Origin: Planctomycetota bacterium
Lineage (GTDB): Bacteria; Planctomycetota; Brocadiia; CAIUPP01
Direction of reading: 5' to 3'
NCBI GenBank assembly: GCA_022705425.1
Contig: JAKJEM010000003.1
Location: forward strand, 34,561-87,594
Length of the DNA stretch: 53,034 bases
The position numbers were made by a program, and so were the translations under genes. Shown piece after piece: positions 8,271 to 16,063 of this stretch; position 1 is the first letter of the stretch; each line of letters starts with the position of its first letter. The notes below the pieces were generated by a model that ran no database searches, was not told where the DNA came from, and was given only the letters and a program-made list of their open reading frames with translations.

Positions 8271-9926
8271 TCACGTAGCCACCGCCAGCCCGGCGATGGC
8301 CCGGTTGACAGCCTCCCGCTGCGCGAGAAGCCAGTTCATCGAGCGCGGATAGACGGCCATGTTGCGGATGGCCGACAGCCGCAGCAGCGCCGCTGTCTTC
8401 TGCGCGGGGGTCTCGCCCGCCAGGCGTTCGAGCAGCTGAAGGGCGCGCAGGTCCTGGAGGCCCTCGCGCCACACCTCCCAGCGCAGCGCGTCCACCGGCC
8501 CGTCCGGGCCAGGGTACACGACGTAGCCGTCGCCCGGCGGCAGGAGACGGCGTCCGTCGGCGCAGGTGTAGGGGTCCACGAGCGTGTCGGTCAGTCCGGC
8601 GTACCAGTGGTTGTAGCCCCAGTGCAGGAAGCCCTGGTAGCGGAACTTGAAGAGCTGCCATCCGAGGATGCGGTTGCGCGCGGAGGGGAAATCGTGGAAG
8701 CGGTTCGACACCCCCACCCGCTGGCCGCAGCAGTAGTACGTCCACAACGGCGACACCTTGCGATCGAGGAAGGGCTGGACGTGGTTGGTCGCCGGGCAGG
8801 GCAGGTCCGCCAGGCCGGTCTCGTAGAACTCGATGTTCGAGAGGGCCTCGACCACGGGCAGCTCGGGCGCGCCCTGCTTCAGGATCTCGCGCACGGCGCG
8901 GTACTGCGGCAGGTGGTCGAGATGCGGCTCGTCGCTGACGTGCAGGTAGGCGGAGCGGAGGGCCTTCTTTCGGCGCAGAGCTTTGACCAGCTCCGGCAGG
9001 AACTGGAGCAGGAAGGCGCGGTAGGCCGGCCCGTCGCTGGGGGTGTCCCATCCGAAGATGCGCCGGGACTCGCCGCCGACCTTGGCGATGACCTTCGGGG
9101 CGAACTTCGCGCCCCATTGCGTCGAGAGGTGCGAGATCTCGAAGTCCGTCATACCGCACCGGCGGCAGAGGTCCACCCACCGGTCGAACTTGCGGAAGCC
9201 GAAACGGTAGCGGTCCTTGCCGACGACCTCGACATCCACCAACTGCATCGTGGGGCGTTCCGTCCCCACGGCGGTGTCCAGCGGCGGGGTGAAGACGGGC
9301 GTTGTGATGGTGTTCACGCCGTGTTCGGCGGCGTTGCGCAGGTACTTCTCCGCCATGCGCCAGTGCTCGGGCGACCAGGCGGCGAACTTGTACCAGGACT
9401 GGAGGCAGTCGTTGTGGAACCAGTGGATGACCTTGAGTTCCTGCTTCGGCAGGGCGGCGCCGATCACGCGCACGTCCACTGCCAGGTCGGCCACGCGGTG
9501 CTCGCCGCAGGAGAGGCGGATCGTGAGGCGGCTGCGTCCGGCGGGGGCGTCGGGCGGCACCGCTACGGTGAACCAGATGCCGCGCGTCTGGCCGGGCCAG
9601 GCGGGGAACTCCTCGGCGGGAATCAGCGGATCGGGGATAAAGGCGGGGCAGAGCGCCACAAGCTCTTCCGGCGGCACGCCGTAGGTCGGGTGCTCGCAAT
9701 GGGCCAGGTCAATGCGCCGGGCCGTTGTGCAGGGGGCCAGGGGACCGCTCAGCGTCGCGCGGAGCATTCCGCGCCGGTCCGAGCGATAGACCGCCTGGAA
9801 GGAGAGGACCTCGCCGCGCAGCCCGCTTAGCGCCAGTCGCCCGCGCCGCGGCACGGCGCTTTGGGGCAGAAACTTCTCCAGGCTCCATCCCAGTCCGGCG
9901 GCGATCTTGGGGGCGGTGGACGGCAT
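8271..9926 (-). CDS. Hypothetical protein, possibly a DUF4091-type glycoside-hydrolase-like protein
   Basis: 551 aa. Consensus SD AAGGAG lies 9 nt upstream of the ATG at 9926. The family assignment is tentative and from memory. Confidence 0.55.
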   Translation of the reverse strand: MPSTAPKIAAGLGWSLEKFLPQSAVPRRGRLALSGLRGEVLSFQAVYRSDRRGMLRATLSGPLAPCTTARRIDLAHCEHPTYGVPPEELVALCPAFIPDPLIPAEEFPAWPGQTRGIWFTVAVPPDAPAGRSRLTIRLSCGEHRVADLAVDVRVIGAALPKQELKVIHWFHNDCLQSWYKFAAWSPEHWRMAEKYLRNAAEHGVNTITTPVFTPPLDTAVGTERPTMQLVDVEVVGKDRYRFGFRKFDRWVDLCRRCGMTDFEISHLSTQWGAKFAPKVIAKVGGESRRIFGWDTPSDGPAYRAFLLQFLPELVKALRRKKALRSAYLHVSDEPHLDHLPQYRAVREILKQGAPELPVVEALSNIEFYETGLADLPCPATNHVQPFLDRKVSPLWTYYCCGQRVGVSNRFHDFPSARNRILGWQLFKFRYQGFLHWGYNHWYAGLTDTLVDPYTCADGRRLLPPGDGYVVYPGPDGPVDALRWEVWREGLQDLRALQLLERLAGETPAQKTAALLRLSAIRNMAVYPRSMNWLLAQREAVNRAIAGLAVAT

Positions 9927-10026
9927 CGGGCATATCTCCTTGTTGGGGGCGCTACGCGCCGGCTCGGTGGGGCTTGACGGCGCCCCCGACATCCGGTGAT
10001 CGCCTTCCGCCCCGCGCCTGAAGCAG

Positions 10027-10056
10027 AGTCTATCCCGTGCGCGCGGCCTTCGTCAA
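10027..10056 (-). promoter_or_regulatory. Putative sigma70 promoter (TTGACG-N18-TAGACT on the minus strand) for the 9926 operon
   Basis: Reverse complement of 10051-10056 is TTGACG. Reverse complement of 10027-10032 is TAGACT. Confidence 0.25.
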
Positions 10057-10088
10057 GGGAAAGGTTTCGCCGCGGGGCCGCATCCTCG

Positions 10089-10103
10089 CCCTCCGGGGGA
10101 GGG
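10089..10103 (-). terminator. Perfect hairpin CCCTCC-GGG-GGAGGG just downstream of the hyd operon
   Basis: 6-bp GC stem about 35 nt after the hydC stop. No U-tract. Confidence 0.2.
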
Positions 10104-10132
10104 ACGGAAACGACGGAGCCTGTCCGGCGCGC

Positions 10133-10681
10133 TCAGGCCTGTTCCTGCCGCGCCTTGTCCCGGTAGCGGGCCAGCAGGGCGGGGACCTCATCGGGTTTGA
10201 CCTTGGCGTGGACGTTTTCGTTGATCATGATCACCGGCGCCAGGCCGCAGGTGCCCACGCAGCGGGCGCACTCGAGGGTGAACATGCCGTCCTTGCTCGT
10301 CTCGCCGAAATCAATGCCCAACTCCTCTTTGAACTTCTCGGCGACCTCCGCGCCGCCCTTGACGTAGCAGGCTGTGCCCAGGCAGATGTTGATCACGTAG
10401 CGTCCGCCGGGCTTGAGGCGGAAGAAGTGGTAGAAGGTGGCGACGCCCGTCACCTCGGCGGCGGGAACCTGGAGCAACTGGGCGACGGCGTCCATCTGCT
10501 CCTTGCCGAGGTAGCCGAAGTGCCCCTGCACCTTGTGAAGAATGCTGATGAGCCGCCCCCCCGGTTCGGGGTCGCGGCGGGCCTCTTCGATGGCGCGCAG
10601 GATGTCCTCGGACAGGGCGGCGCGGCTGGCGGCCTCGACCTGTTCGCGGTTGTCGGTGTTGTGGCAGGCGCAATGACTCAT
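10133..10681 (-). CDS. hydC: NuoE-like [2Fe-2S] thioredoxin-type subunit of the trimeric [FeFe]-hydrogenase (HydC/HndA-like)
   Basis: Cluster ligand motifs ICLGTAC and ARCVGTCGLAP. The ATG overlaps the hydA stop (ATGA). Confidence 0.85.
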   Translation of the reverse strand: MSHCACHNTDNREQVEAASRAALSEDILRAIEEARRDPEPGGRLISILHKVQGHFGYLGKEQMDAVAQLLQVPAAEVTGVATFYHFFRLKPGGRYVINICLGTACYVKGGAEVAEKFKEELGIDFGETSKDGMFTLECARCVGTCGLAPVIMINENVHAKVKPDEVPALLARYRDKARQEQA

Positions 10682-12426
10682 CGGATCCCTCGTGGCAGTT
10701 TCGCCGAATAATGGGTGTGGAGCAGTTCGTGGGCCTTGGCGCCGCCGGGCTCGCCGAGGAACTCCTTGTACAGGGCCTTGACGGCGGGGTTCTCGTGGGA
10801 CTTGCGGAGCTTCTTGGCCCCGTCAATCGTGTAGAGGGCGCGGGCGCGGGCGGCCAGCAGGTCGGGGTCGAGCGCCTTGACGCCGCGCGGCGGATAGGGC
10901 TGCCCGCCGCCGCCGATGCAGCCGCCCGGGCAGGCCATGATCTCGATGAAGTCGAAGGCCTTTTCCTTGCGGACGACCTTGTCCAGGATGATCTTGGCGC
11001 GCGTGATGCCGTTGGAGACGCCGACGTGCAGGATGGTCTCGCCGATGGCGATAGACTCCTCGCGCAGCCCCTCGACGGCGCGGACTTCATCGTAGTCCAG
11101 CCGGCGGGCGGGCCGTCCGGTCACCAGTTCGCTGGCAGTGCGCAGGGTGGCTTCCATGACGCCGCCGGTGCAGCCGAAGATGTCGCCCGCGCCGGTGGCG
11201 ATCCCCAGCGGTTCATCAAACCGTCCGTCGTCGAGATGGGGGAAGTCTATGCCGTAGCACTTGATCATCCAGATCAGTTCGCGCGTGGTGAGGACGGCGT
11301 CGGTGTAGGGGGCGCCCCACGGGGTGTAGTGCTCGGGGCGGCGCGATTCGTACTTCTTCGCCACGCAGGGCATGACGGCGACGACATAGACCTTCTTCGG
11401 GTCAATCCCGGCCTTCTCGGCGTAGTAGGTCTTGACCAGGGTGCTCATCATTCCCATGGGCGACTTGCACGACGAGGCATTGGGGATCAACTCGGGGTAG
11501 AACTTCTCCAGGAAGCTGATCCAGCCCGGCGAGCAGGAGGTCAGCAGCGGCAGGGGGCCGCCCGCCTTCAGCCGGCGGAGGAACTCGTTGGCCTCCTCGA
11601 CGATGGTGAGGTCGGCGGCCAGGTCGGTGTCGAAGACGCGGTCGAACCCGAGGCGACGCAGGGCGGTGACGAGCTTGCCGGTGCACGGGGTGCCGGGCTC
11701 GAAGCCGAACCCCTCGCCGGCGGCGGCGCGAATCGAGGGGGCCACCTGCACGACGACATGCAGCTTCGGGTCGGCAATGGCGGCGAAGACCTCCTCGGCG
11801 GCGCGCTTCTCGAGGAAGGCGGCCGTGGGGCAGACGTTGATGCACTGGCCGCACTGGATGCAGACGGAGTCCTTCATGGTGGAGCAGTGCGCGGGGGCGA
11901 CCTGCGAGGCGAAGCCGCGCCCGTGGCGTCCGAGGTTGTGGACGCCCTGGATTTCGGCGCAGACGCGAACGCAGCGCCCGCAGAGGATGCACTTCTCGGC
12001 GTCGCGGACGACGGAGTCGCTCGAATCCTCGCGCGGGAAGCGTTTGCGCTCGCCCTTGAAGAGGCGCTCGCGCACGCCGAGGGTATAGGCCAGGTTCTGC
12101 AACTCGCAGTTGCCGTCGCGCTCGCAGGTCTGGCAGTCCATCGGGTGGTTGTCCAGCAGCAGCTCGACGATGTCGCGCCGGGCCTGGCGGATGGCCGGCG
12201 AGCTGGTCTGTACATCCATTCCCTCCCACACCTTCTGGCTGCACGCGGTCATGTAGATGCCCATATCCTTGACGTCCACGATGCAGACGCGGCAGGATCC
12301 GGCAAGGCTGAGGTCGGGGTGATGGCACAGGCGGGGAATGTGGATTCCCATCGTCTGGGCCGCTTCCATGACGGTCGTGCCCTCCGGCACGGAAAGCTTC
12401 TTGCCGTCAATCGTCAGGGTGATCAT
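10678..12426 (-). CDS. hydA: [FeFe]-hydrogenase catalytic subunit HydA (M3 architecture: [2Fe-2S], His-ligated [4Fe-4S], 2x[4Fe-4S], H-domain)
   Basis: H-cluster motifs MPCVAKKYE (P2) and EIMACPGGCIGGGGQP (P3). L1 reads TSCSPGW. The C-terminal KSHENPAVKALYKEFLGEPGG resembles CpI, as far as I recall its sequence. The N-terminus has CHHPDL.../HPMDCQTCERDGNC and ferredoxin CxxCxxCxxxC x2. Start at MITLTIDG; the ORF is open to 12447. Confidence 0.9.
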   Translation of the reverse strand: MITLTIDGKKLSVPEGTTVMEAAQTMGIHIPRLCHHPDLSLAGSCRVCIVDVKDMGIYMTACSQKVWEGMDVQTSSPAIRQARRDIVELLLDNHPMDCQTCERDGNCELQNLAYTLGVRERLFKGERKRFPREDSSDSVVRDAEKCILCGRCVRVCAEIQGVHNLGRHGRGFASQVAPAHCSTMKDSVCIQCGQCINVCPTAAFLEKRAAEEVFAAIADPKLHVVVQVAPSIRAAAGEGFGFEPGTPCTGKLVTALRRLGFDRVFDTDLAADLTIVEEANEFLRRLKAGGPLPLLTSCSPGWISFLEKFYPELIPNASSCKSPMGMMSTLVKTYYAEKAGIDPKKVYVVAVMPCVAKKYESRRPEHYTPWGAPYTDAVLTTRELIWMIKCYGIDFPHLDDGRFDEPLGIATGAGDIFGCTGGVMEATLRTASELVTGRPARRLDYDEVRAVEGLREESIAIGETILHVGVSNGITRAKIILDKVVRKEKAFDFIEIMACPGGCIGGGGQPYPPRGVKALDPDLLAARARALYTIDGAKKLRKSHENPAVKALYKEFLGEPGGAKAHELLHTHYSAKLPRGIR

Positions 12427-12478
12427 CTTCGCTTCCATCGGGGCCATTCACTTTCATTCCGGGGAGAGGGGCGCGGGT

Positions 12479-14662
12479 TCAGGAGCGGTTGACGGCGCCG
12501 AACTTGCAGACCTGGAAGCAGCGCCCGCACTTGACGCAACGCGCGGCGTCAATGCGATAGGGCTTTCGCACCTCGCCGCTGATGCAGGCGACCGGACAAT
12601 TGCGGGCGCAGGCGGAGCAACCGACGCACTTCTCGGCGTTGATCTCATACCGCACCAGGGCGGCGCACTTCTTGGCGGGGCAGCGCTTCTCCGTCACGTG
12701 GGCGACGTATTCGTCGCGGTAATGCGTCAGGGTGCTGAGAATGGGATTCGGCGCGTTGCGGCCCAGTCCGCACAGAGACGCCTTGCGGATGAGCTGCGCC
12801 AGGCGCTCCAGGTTCGTCAGGTCCTCCGGCACGCCCTGGCCCGAGGTGATGCGCTCCAGAATCTCCAGCATCCGCTTGGTGCCTTCGCGGCAGGGGGTAC
12901 ACTTGCCGCACGATTCATCCTGGCTGAAGGAGAGGAAGAACTTGGCGATGTCCACCATGCAGTCGTCCTCGTCCATGATGATCATGCCGCCCGACCCCAT
13001 GATGGCCCCGACGCGGCTGAGCGTGTCGAAGTCCACGGGCGTGTCCAGGAGCTTCTCGGGAATGCAGCCGCCGGCCGGGCCGCCGGTCTGGATGGCCTTG
13101 AGCCGCTTGCCGCCCGGCACGCCGCCGCCGATGCCGAAGACGATCTGGCGCAGGGTGGTGCCGATGGGCACCTCGACCAGTCCGGTATGAAGGACCTTTC
13201 CGGCGAGGGCGAAGACCTTGGTGCCGCCGCTGCGCTCGCTGCCCAGGCGCGCAAACCATTCCGGCCCGTAGTAGATGACGGCCGGGATGTTGACCAGCGT
13301 CTCGACGTTGTTGATGACGGTGGGTTTGCCCCACAGCCCGCTTTCGGTGGGGTAGGGGGGGCGGATGCGCGGCTCGCCGCGACGCCCCTCGATGCTGTGG
13401 ATCAGGGCCGTCTCCTCGCCGCAGACAAAGGCGCCCGCGCCGAGGCGGATTTCCAGGTCGAAGTTGAACCCGCTGCCGAAGATGTTCTGGCCCAGCAGGC
13501 CGTGCTTGCGGCACTGCTCGATGGCGTTCTGGATGCGCCGGATGGCCATCGGGTACTCCGCGCGGATGTAGAAGAAGCCGCGCTGCGCGCCGATGGCAAA
13601 GCCCCCGATGATCATCCCCTCGACGACGCCGAAGGGGTCGCCTTCGAGCATACTGCGGTCCATGAAGGCGCCGGGGTCGCCTTCGTCGGCGTTGCAGATG
13701 ATGTAGCGCGTCTTCTCCGCCGCCCGGGCCGCCAGCGCCCACTTCTGCCCGGTGGGATAGCCCGCCCCGCCGCGTCCGCGCAGCTTGCTGCGCGTGACCG
13801 TGTCAATCACCCATTGGGGGTCATTCTTCTCCAACACCCGGGCCAGCGGGCTGAAGCCCTTGTACTGCATATACTCGTAGAGGTCCTCCGGGTCCACAAT
13901 GCCGCTGTTGCGCAGGGCGATACGGCTCTGCCGGTTGAAGAAGGCCACGTCGCCGTACATGTCGAAGAAGCGCTTGCTGACGGTATGTTCCTTGAGGCGC
14001 AGGCGATCCACCGGCCTGCCCCCCTTGAGGTGCTGCTCGATGACTTCCTGCAAGTCCTTCTCGTCGGCGAGACGATAGAGGACATTGTCGGGCCGCACCA
14101 GCATGTGGGTGACCTTGCCGCTCTGCTCCGAGCGGCAGAGGCCGAAACACCCGGCGCTGACGATACGCACCTTCGAGGCGTCCACCCCGGCGGCAGCGAG
14201 CTTCTCCGGCAGCAGGGCGTCGAAGCGGCGCGACTGGTCGCGCCCGCAGCGCTCCCCCGCGCAAAGGTGCAGCTCCATCTCCGGTACGGCGTGCAGGCCG
14301 TTGTCGAGCATCATCTTCGTCACCGGCGCGCCGCCAAGGACGTGCAGGGTAAAGATGTCGTGGACCTTCTCGCGCGTCACCTTCTCATACTTCACCGGGA
14401 TTCGCCCCGGAGCGATGACGCCGACGATCGGCTCGCAACTGCACCGGCCCGTGCAGCCGGTGCGGCGCAGCACGATATCCTTCCGCCCGGACGCCTCGAT
14501 GAGTTTGCGGAACTCCTCATGCACCTCGCCGGCGCCCGAGGCGTTCTCGCACGTGGCAGAGCCGACCTGGATTCTTATCTTGCTCGCTTCGCTGCGTTCG
14601 GTCAGGACACGCTCGGCCTCGGCGCGCAACTTCTCGTAAGCGGCCATTACGTTCTTGGACAT
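12479..14662 (-). CDS. hydB: NuoF-like NADH-binding flavoprotein subunit of the hydrogenase (HydB/HndC-like), with two N-terminal thioredoxin-like [2Fe-2S] domains and C-terminal 2x[4Fe-4S]
   Basis: GRGGAGYPTGQKW FMN/NADH motif, ESCGKCTPCREG ([4Fe-4S]), and C-terminal CVGCSACARNCP / CVKCGRCFQVC. N-terminal CAGERC...GCFGLC and TC...GCTGRCSC. SD AGGAG lies 5 nt upstream of the ATG at 14662. Confidence 0.9.
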   Translation of the reverse strand: MSKNVMAAYEKLRAEAERVLTERSEASKIRIQVGSATCENASGAGEVHEEFRKLIEASGRKDIVLRRTGCTGRCSCEPIVGVIAPGRIPVKYEKVTREKVHDIFTLHVLGGAPVTKMMLDNGLHAVPEMELHLCAGERCGRDQSRRFDALLPEKLAAAGVDASKVRIVSAGCFGLCRSEQSGKVTHMLVRPDNVLYRLADEKDLQEVIEQHLKGGRPVDRLRLKEHTVSKRFFDMYGDVAFFNRQSRIALRNSGIVDPEDLYEYMQYKGFSPLARVLEKNDPQWVIDTVTRSKLRGRGGAGYPTGQKWALAARAAEKTRYIICNADEGDPGAFMDRSMLEGDPFGVVEGMIIGGFAIGAQRGFFYIRAEYPMAIRRIQNAIEQCRKHGLLGQNIFGSGFNFDLEIRLGAGAFVCGEETALIHSIEGRRGEPRIRPPYPTESGLWGKPTVINNVETLVNIPAVIYYGPEWFARLGSERSGGTKVFALAGKVLHTGLVEVPIGTTLRQIVFGIGGGVPGGKRLKAIQTGGPAGGCIPEKLLDTPVDFDTLSRVGAIMGSGGMIIMDEDDCMVDIAKFFLSFSQDESCGKCTPCREGTKRMLEILERITSGQGVPEDLTNLERLAQLIRKASLCGLGRNAPNPILSTLTHYRDEYVAHVTEKRCPAKKCAALVRYEINAEKCVGCSACARNCPVACISGEVRKPYRIDAARCVKCGRCFQVCKFGAVNRS

Positions 14663-14701
14663 GTGCGCTCCTGTCAGTGGCGTGGCGGAGAATGACGTTC
14701 T

Positions 14702-14757
14702 TGTGATGCACGTCACAGCACTGTGACGGACATCACAATATCGTGAAACTTGTCACG
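14702..14757 (-). promoter_or_regulatory. Three tandem TGTGA-N6-TCACA operators (Rex-type or CRP/FNR-type) in the leader of the hydrogenase operon
   Basis: Site 1 TGTGATGCACGTCACA (14702-14717). Site 2 TGTGACGGACATCACA (14722-14737). Site 3 CGTGAAACTTGTCACG (14742-14757). Centres are exactly 20 bp apart, all between the predicted transcription start (TSS, about 14754) and the hydB ATG (14662). Confidence 0.5.
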
Positions 14758-14760
14758 GGG

Positions 14761-14789
14761 ATTATAACAGCCGCTGGTGGACAATGCAA
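14761..14789 (-). promoter_or_regulatory. sigma70 promoter with extended -10 (TTGCAT-N17-TGtTATAAT on the minus strand) for hydBAC
   Basis: Reverse complement of 14761-14770 is CTGTTATAAT (TGn + TATAAT). Reverse complement of 14784-14789 is TTGCAT. 17-nt spacer. Confidence 0.45.
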
Positions 14790-14934
14790 GTGCACATGAC
14801 CACTCCCTTCAGAATCCCCATTGCCACCAGCTCCCCAAGGGCGTTACAGGACCGAAATGATGTCGTTGCATGTTGCCCGGGCAAGTCCCTCGCGCCACGC
14901 AGGCGTCGCGAGGCCACCGTCCGCCAGGGGCGCG

Positions 14935-14963
14935 CTTGACAGATGACCACAAGTGTACTATAG
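14935..14963 (+). promoter_or_regulatory. sigma70 promoter (TTGACA-N17-TATAGT) for the GntR gene, giving a leaderless or near-leaderless transcript
   Basis: TTGACA at 14935-14940 and TATAGT at 14958-14963. The ATG at 14974 is about 10 nt after the -10. An imperfect palindrome TGTACTATAG/TCATAGCACA overlaps the -10. Confidence 0.4.
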
Positions 14964-14973
14964 TCATAGCACA

Positions 14974-15351
14974 ATGATAGACTTTGTGCTCGACAAGAGA
15001 AGCCCCGTGCCCTTCTACCGGCAGATCGCCGATCAAGTCCTCGCCGGTGTTTCTCGCGGGGCGATTGCGCCGGGGGACCGATTGCCGACGATCCGCGAGA
15101 TGGCGGTCAACCTGGAGGTCAACCCGAACACGGTGGTCAAGGCCTACAGCTACTTGGAGATGATGGGAGTTCTTGACACACAGCAGGGATCGGGGGTCTA
15201 TGTGCGACGCGGTGCGGCATCGGGCGCCCTCTCCGAGACGGAGCGCCGCCGGATGCTGGGCGACCTCTGCCGCGATTTTGTCGGGCGCGCGCAGACGCTG
15301 GGCTTTGATCTTGCTGAGGTGGTCGAACGGCTGGAACAGATGCGGGGATAG
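14974..15351 (+). CDS. GntR-family transcriptional regulator (short YtrA-like subfamily)
   Basis: N-terminal winged HTH (PFYRQIADQV...LPTIREMAVNLEVNPNTVVKAYSYLE) and a short C-terminal helical part. An alternative start is 14953. Confidence 0.75.
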   Translation: MIDFVLDKRSPVPFYRQIADQVLAGVSRGAIAPGDRLPTIREMAVNLEVNPNTVVKAYSYLEMMGVLDTQQGSGVYVRRGAASGALSETERRRMLGDLCRDFVGRAQTLGFDLAEVVERLEQMRG

Positions 15352-15400
15352 GCGCGGAATCGTTCTCCCGAAGCATGCCTGCTTGAGAGGGAGTCAAGCC

Positions 15401-16036
15401 ATGTCGGACGTTACTGTCTCGGTCACCGCACCGCGTGAACCGCTGGCCTCCTTCTGTTCGACCTCCCGGTCGGCGATATTGACCTTCCCGGAGGCGGACC
15501 GGGCCGTCCTCTCCGCCCATCCGCGCGCTCTGCGCATGATGCGCCTGACGCTCACGTGGGGGGCGGTCGCGACCGCCGTCATCGCCGGGGTCGTTGCGGC
15601 GGCGGTTACGGGGGCGCTTCCGGGCACGACACCGGCCTTTCCGGGGGTGAGCCCTACCCTCATCTGGGCGGTTGCCGCCGTCGTCATGGCGTTGGATGCG
15701 TTGTTTCTGGTGGGGTTGCGCACTTTCGTGCTGAAGGGGCTCGGCCCGCCCCGCACGGTCTTTGATCGCCGTCGGGGTGTGTGCGAGCAGTACGCTCGCG
15801 GAGCGTCCTTTCCGGCGTGCGCGCCGCTGCCGCTGGGGCGCGTGGCGGCCCTTCAGATCATCCGGGCCAGGGCCGACTTTCCGGCGTGGGAGCTGAATAT
15901 GGTCCTTTCCGACCCGCCGGGCGCGCGCGGTCACCTCATGGCGCACGGCGACGAGCGCGCCTTGCGTGCCGATGCCCAGGCGCTCGCGGAATTCCTCAAG
16001 ACGCCGGTGCTGGATCACACGTCGCAGGATGCCTGA
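15401..16036 (+). CDS. Membrane protein with two TM helices and a C-terminal PH-like (YdbS/bPH_2-like) region, hypothetical
   Basis: Two hydrophobic helices (LTWGAVATAVIAGVVAAAV, LIWAVAAVVMALDALFLVGL). SD GAGAGGGAG lies upstream of the ATG. The family assignment is tentative. Confidence 0.55.
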   Translation: MSDVTVSVTAPREPLASFCSTSRSAILTFPEADRAVLSAHPRALRMMRLTLTWGAVATAVIAGVVAAAVTGALPGTTPAFPGVSPTLIWAVAAVVMALDALFLVGLRTFVLKGLGPPRTVFDRRRGVCEQYARGASFPACAPLPLGRVAALQIIRARADFPAWELNMVLSDPPGARGHLMAHGDERALRADAQALAEFLKTPVLDHTSQDA

Positions 16037-16063
16037 CGAGCAATCCGCCCAGTGGTTTATCCG

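Noticed and set aside
7318-9699. 793-aa minus-strand ORF treated as a single gene
   Set aside because: Only the C-terminal 308 aa (from the signal peptide MNALRVV at 8241) look like protein. The upstream part is an out-of-frame shadow of the separate 8271-9926 gene.
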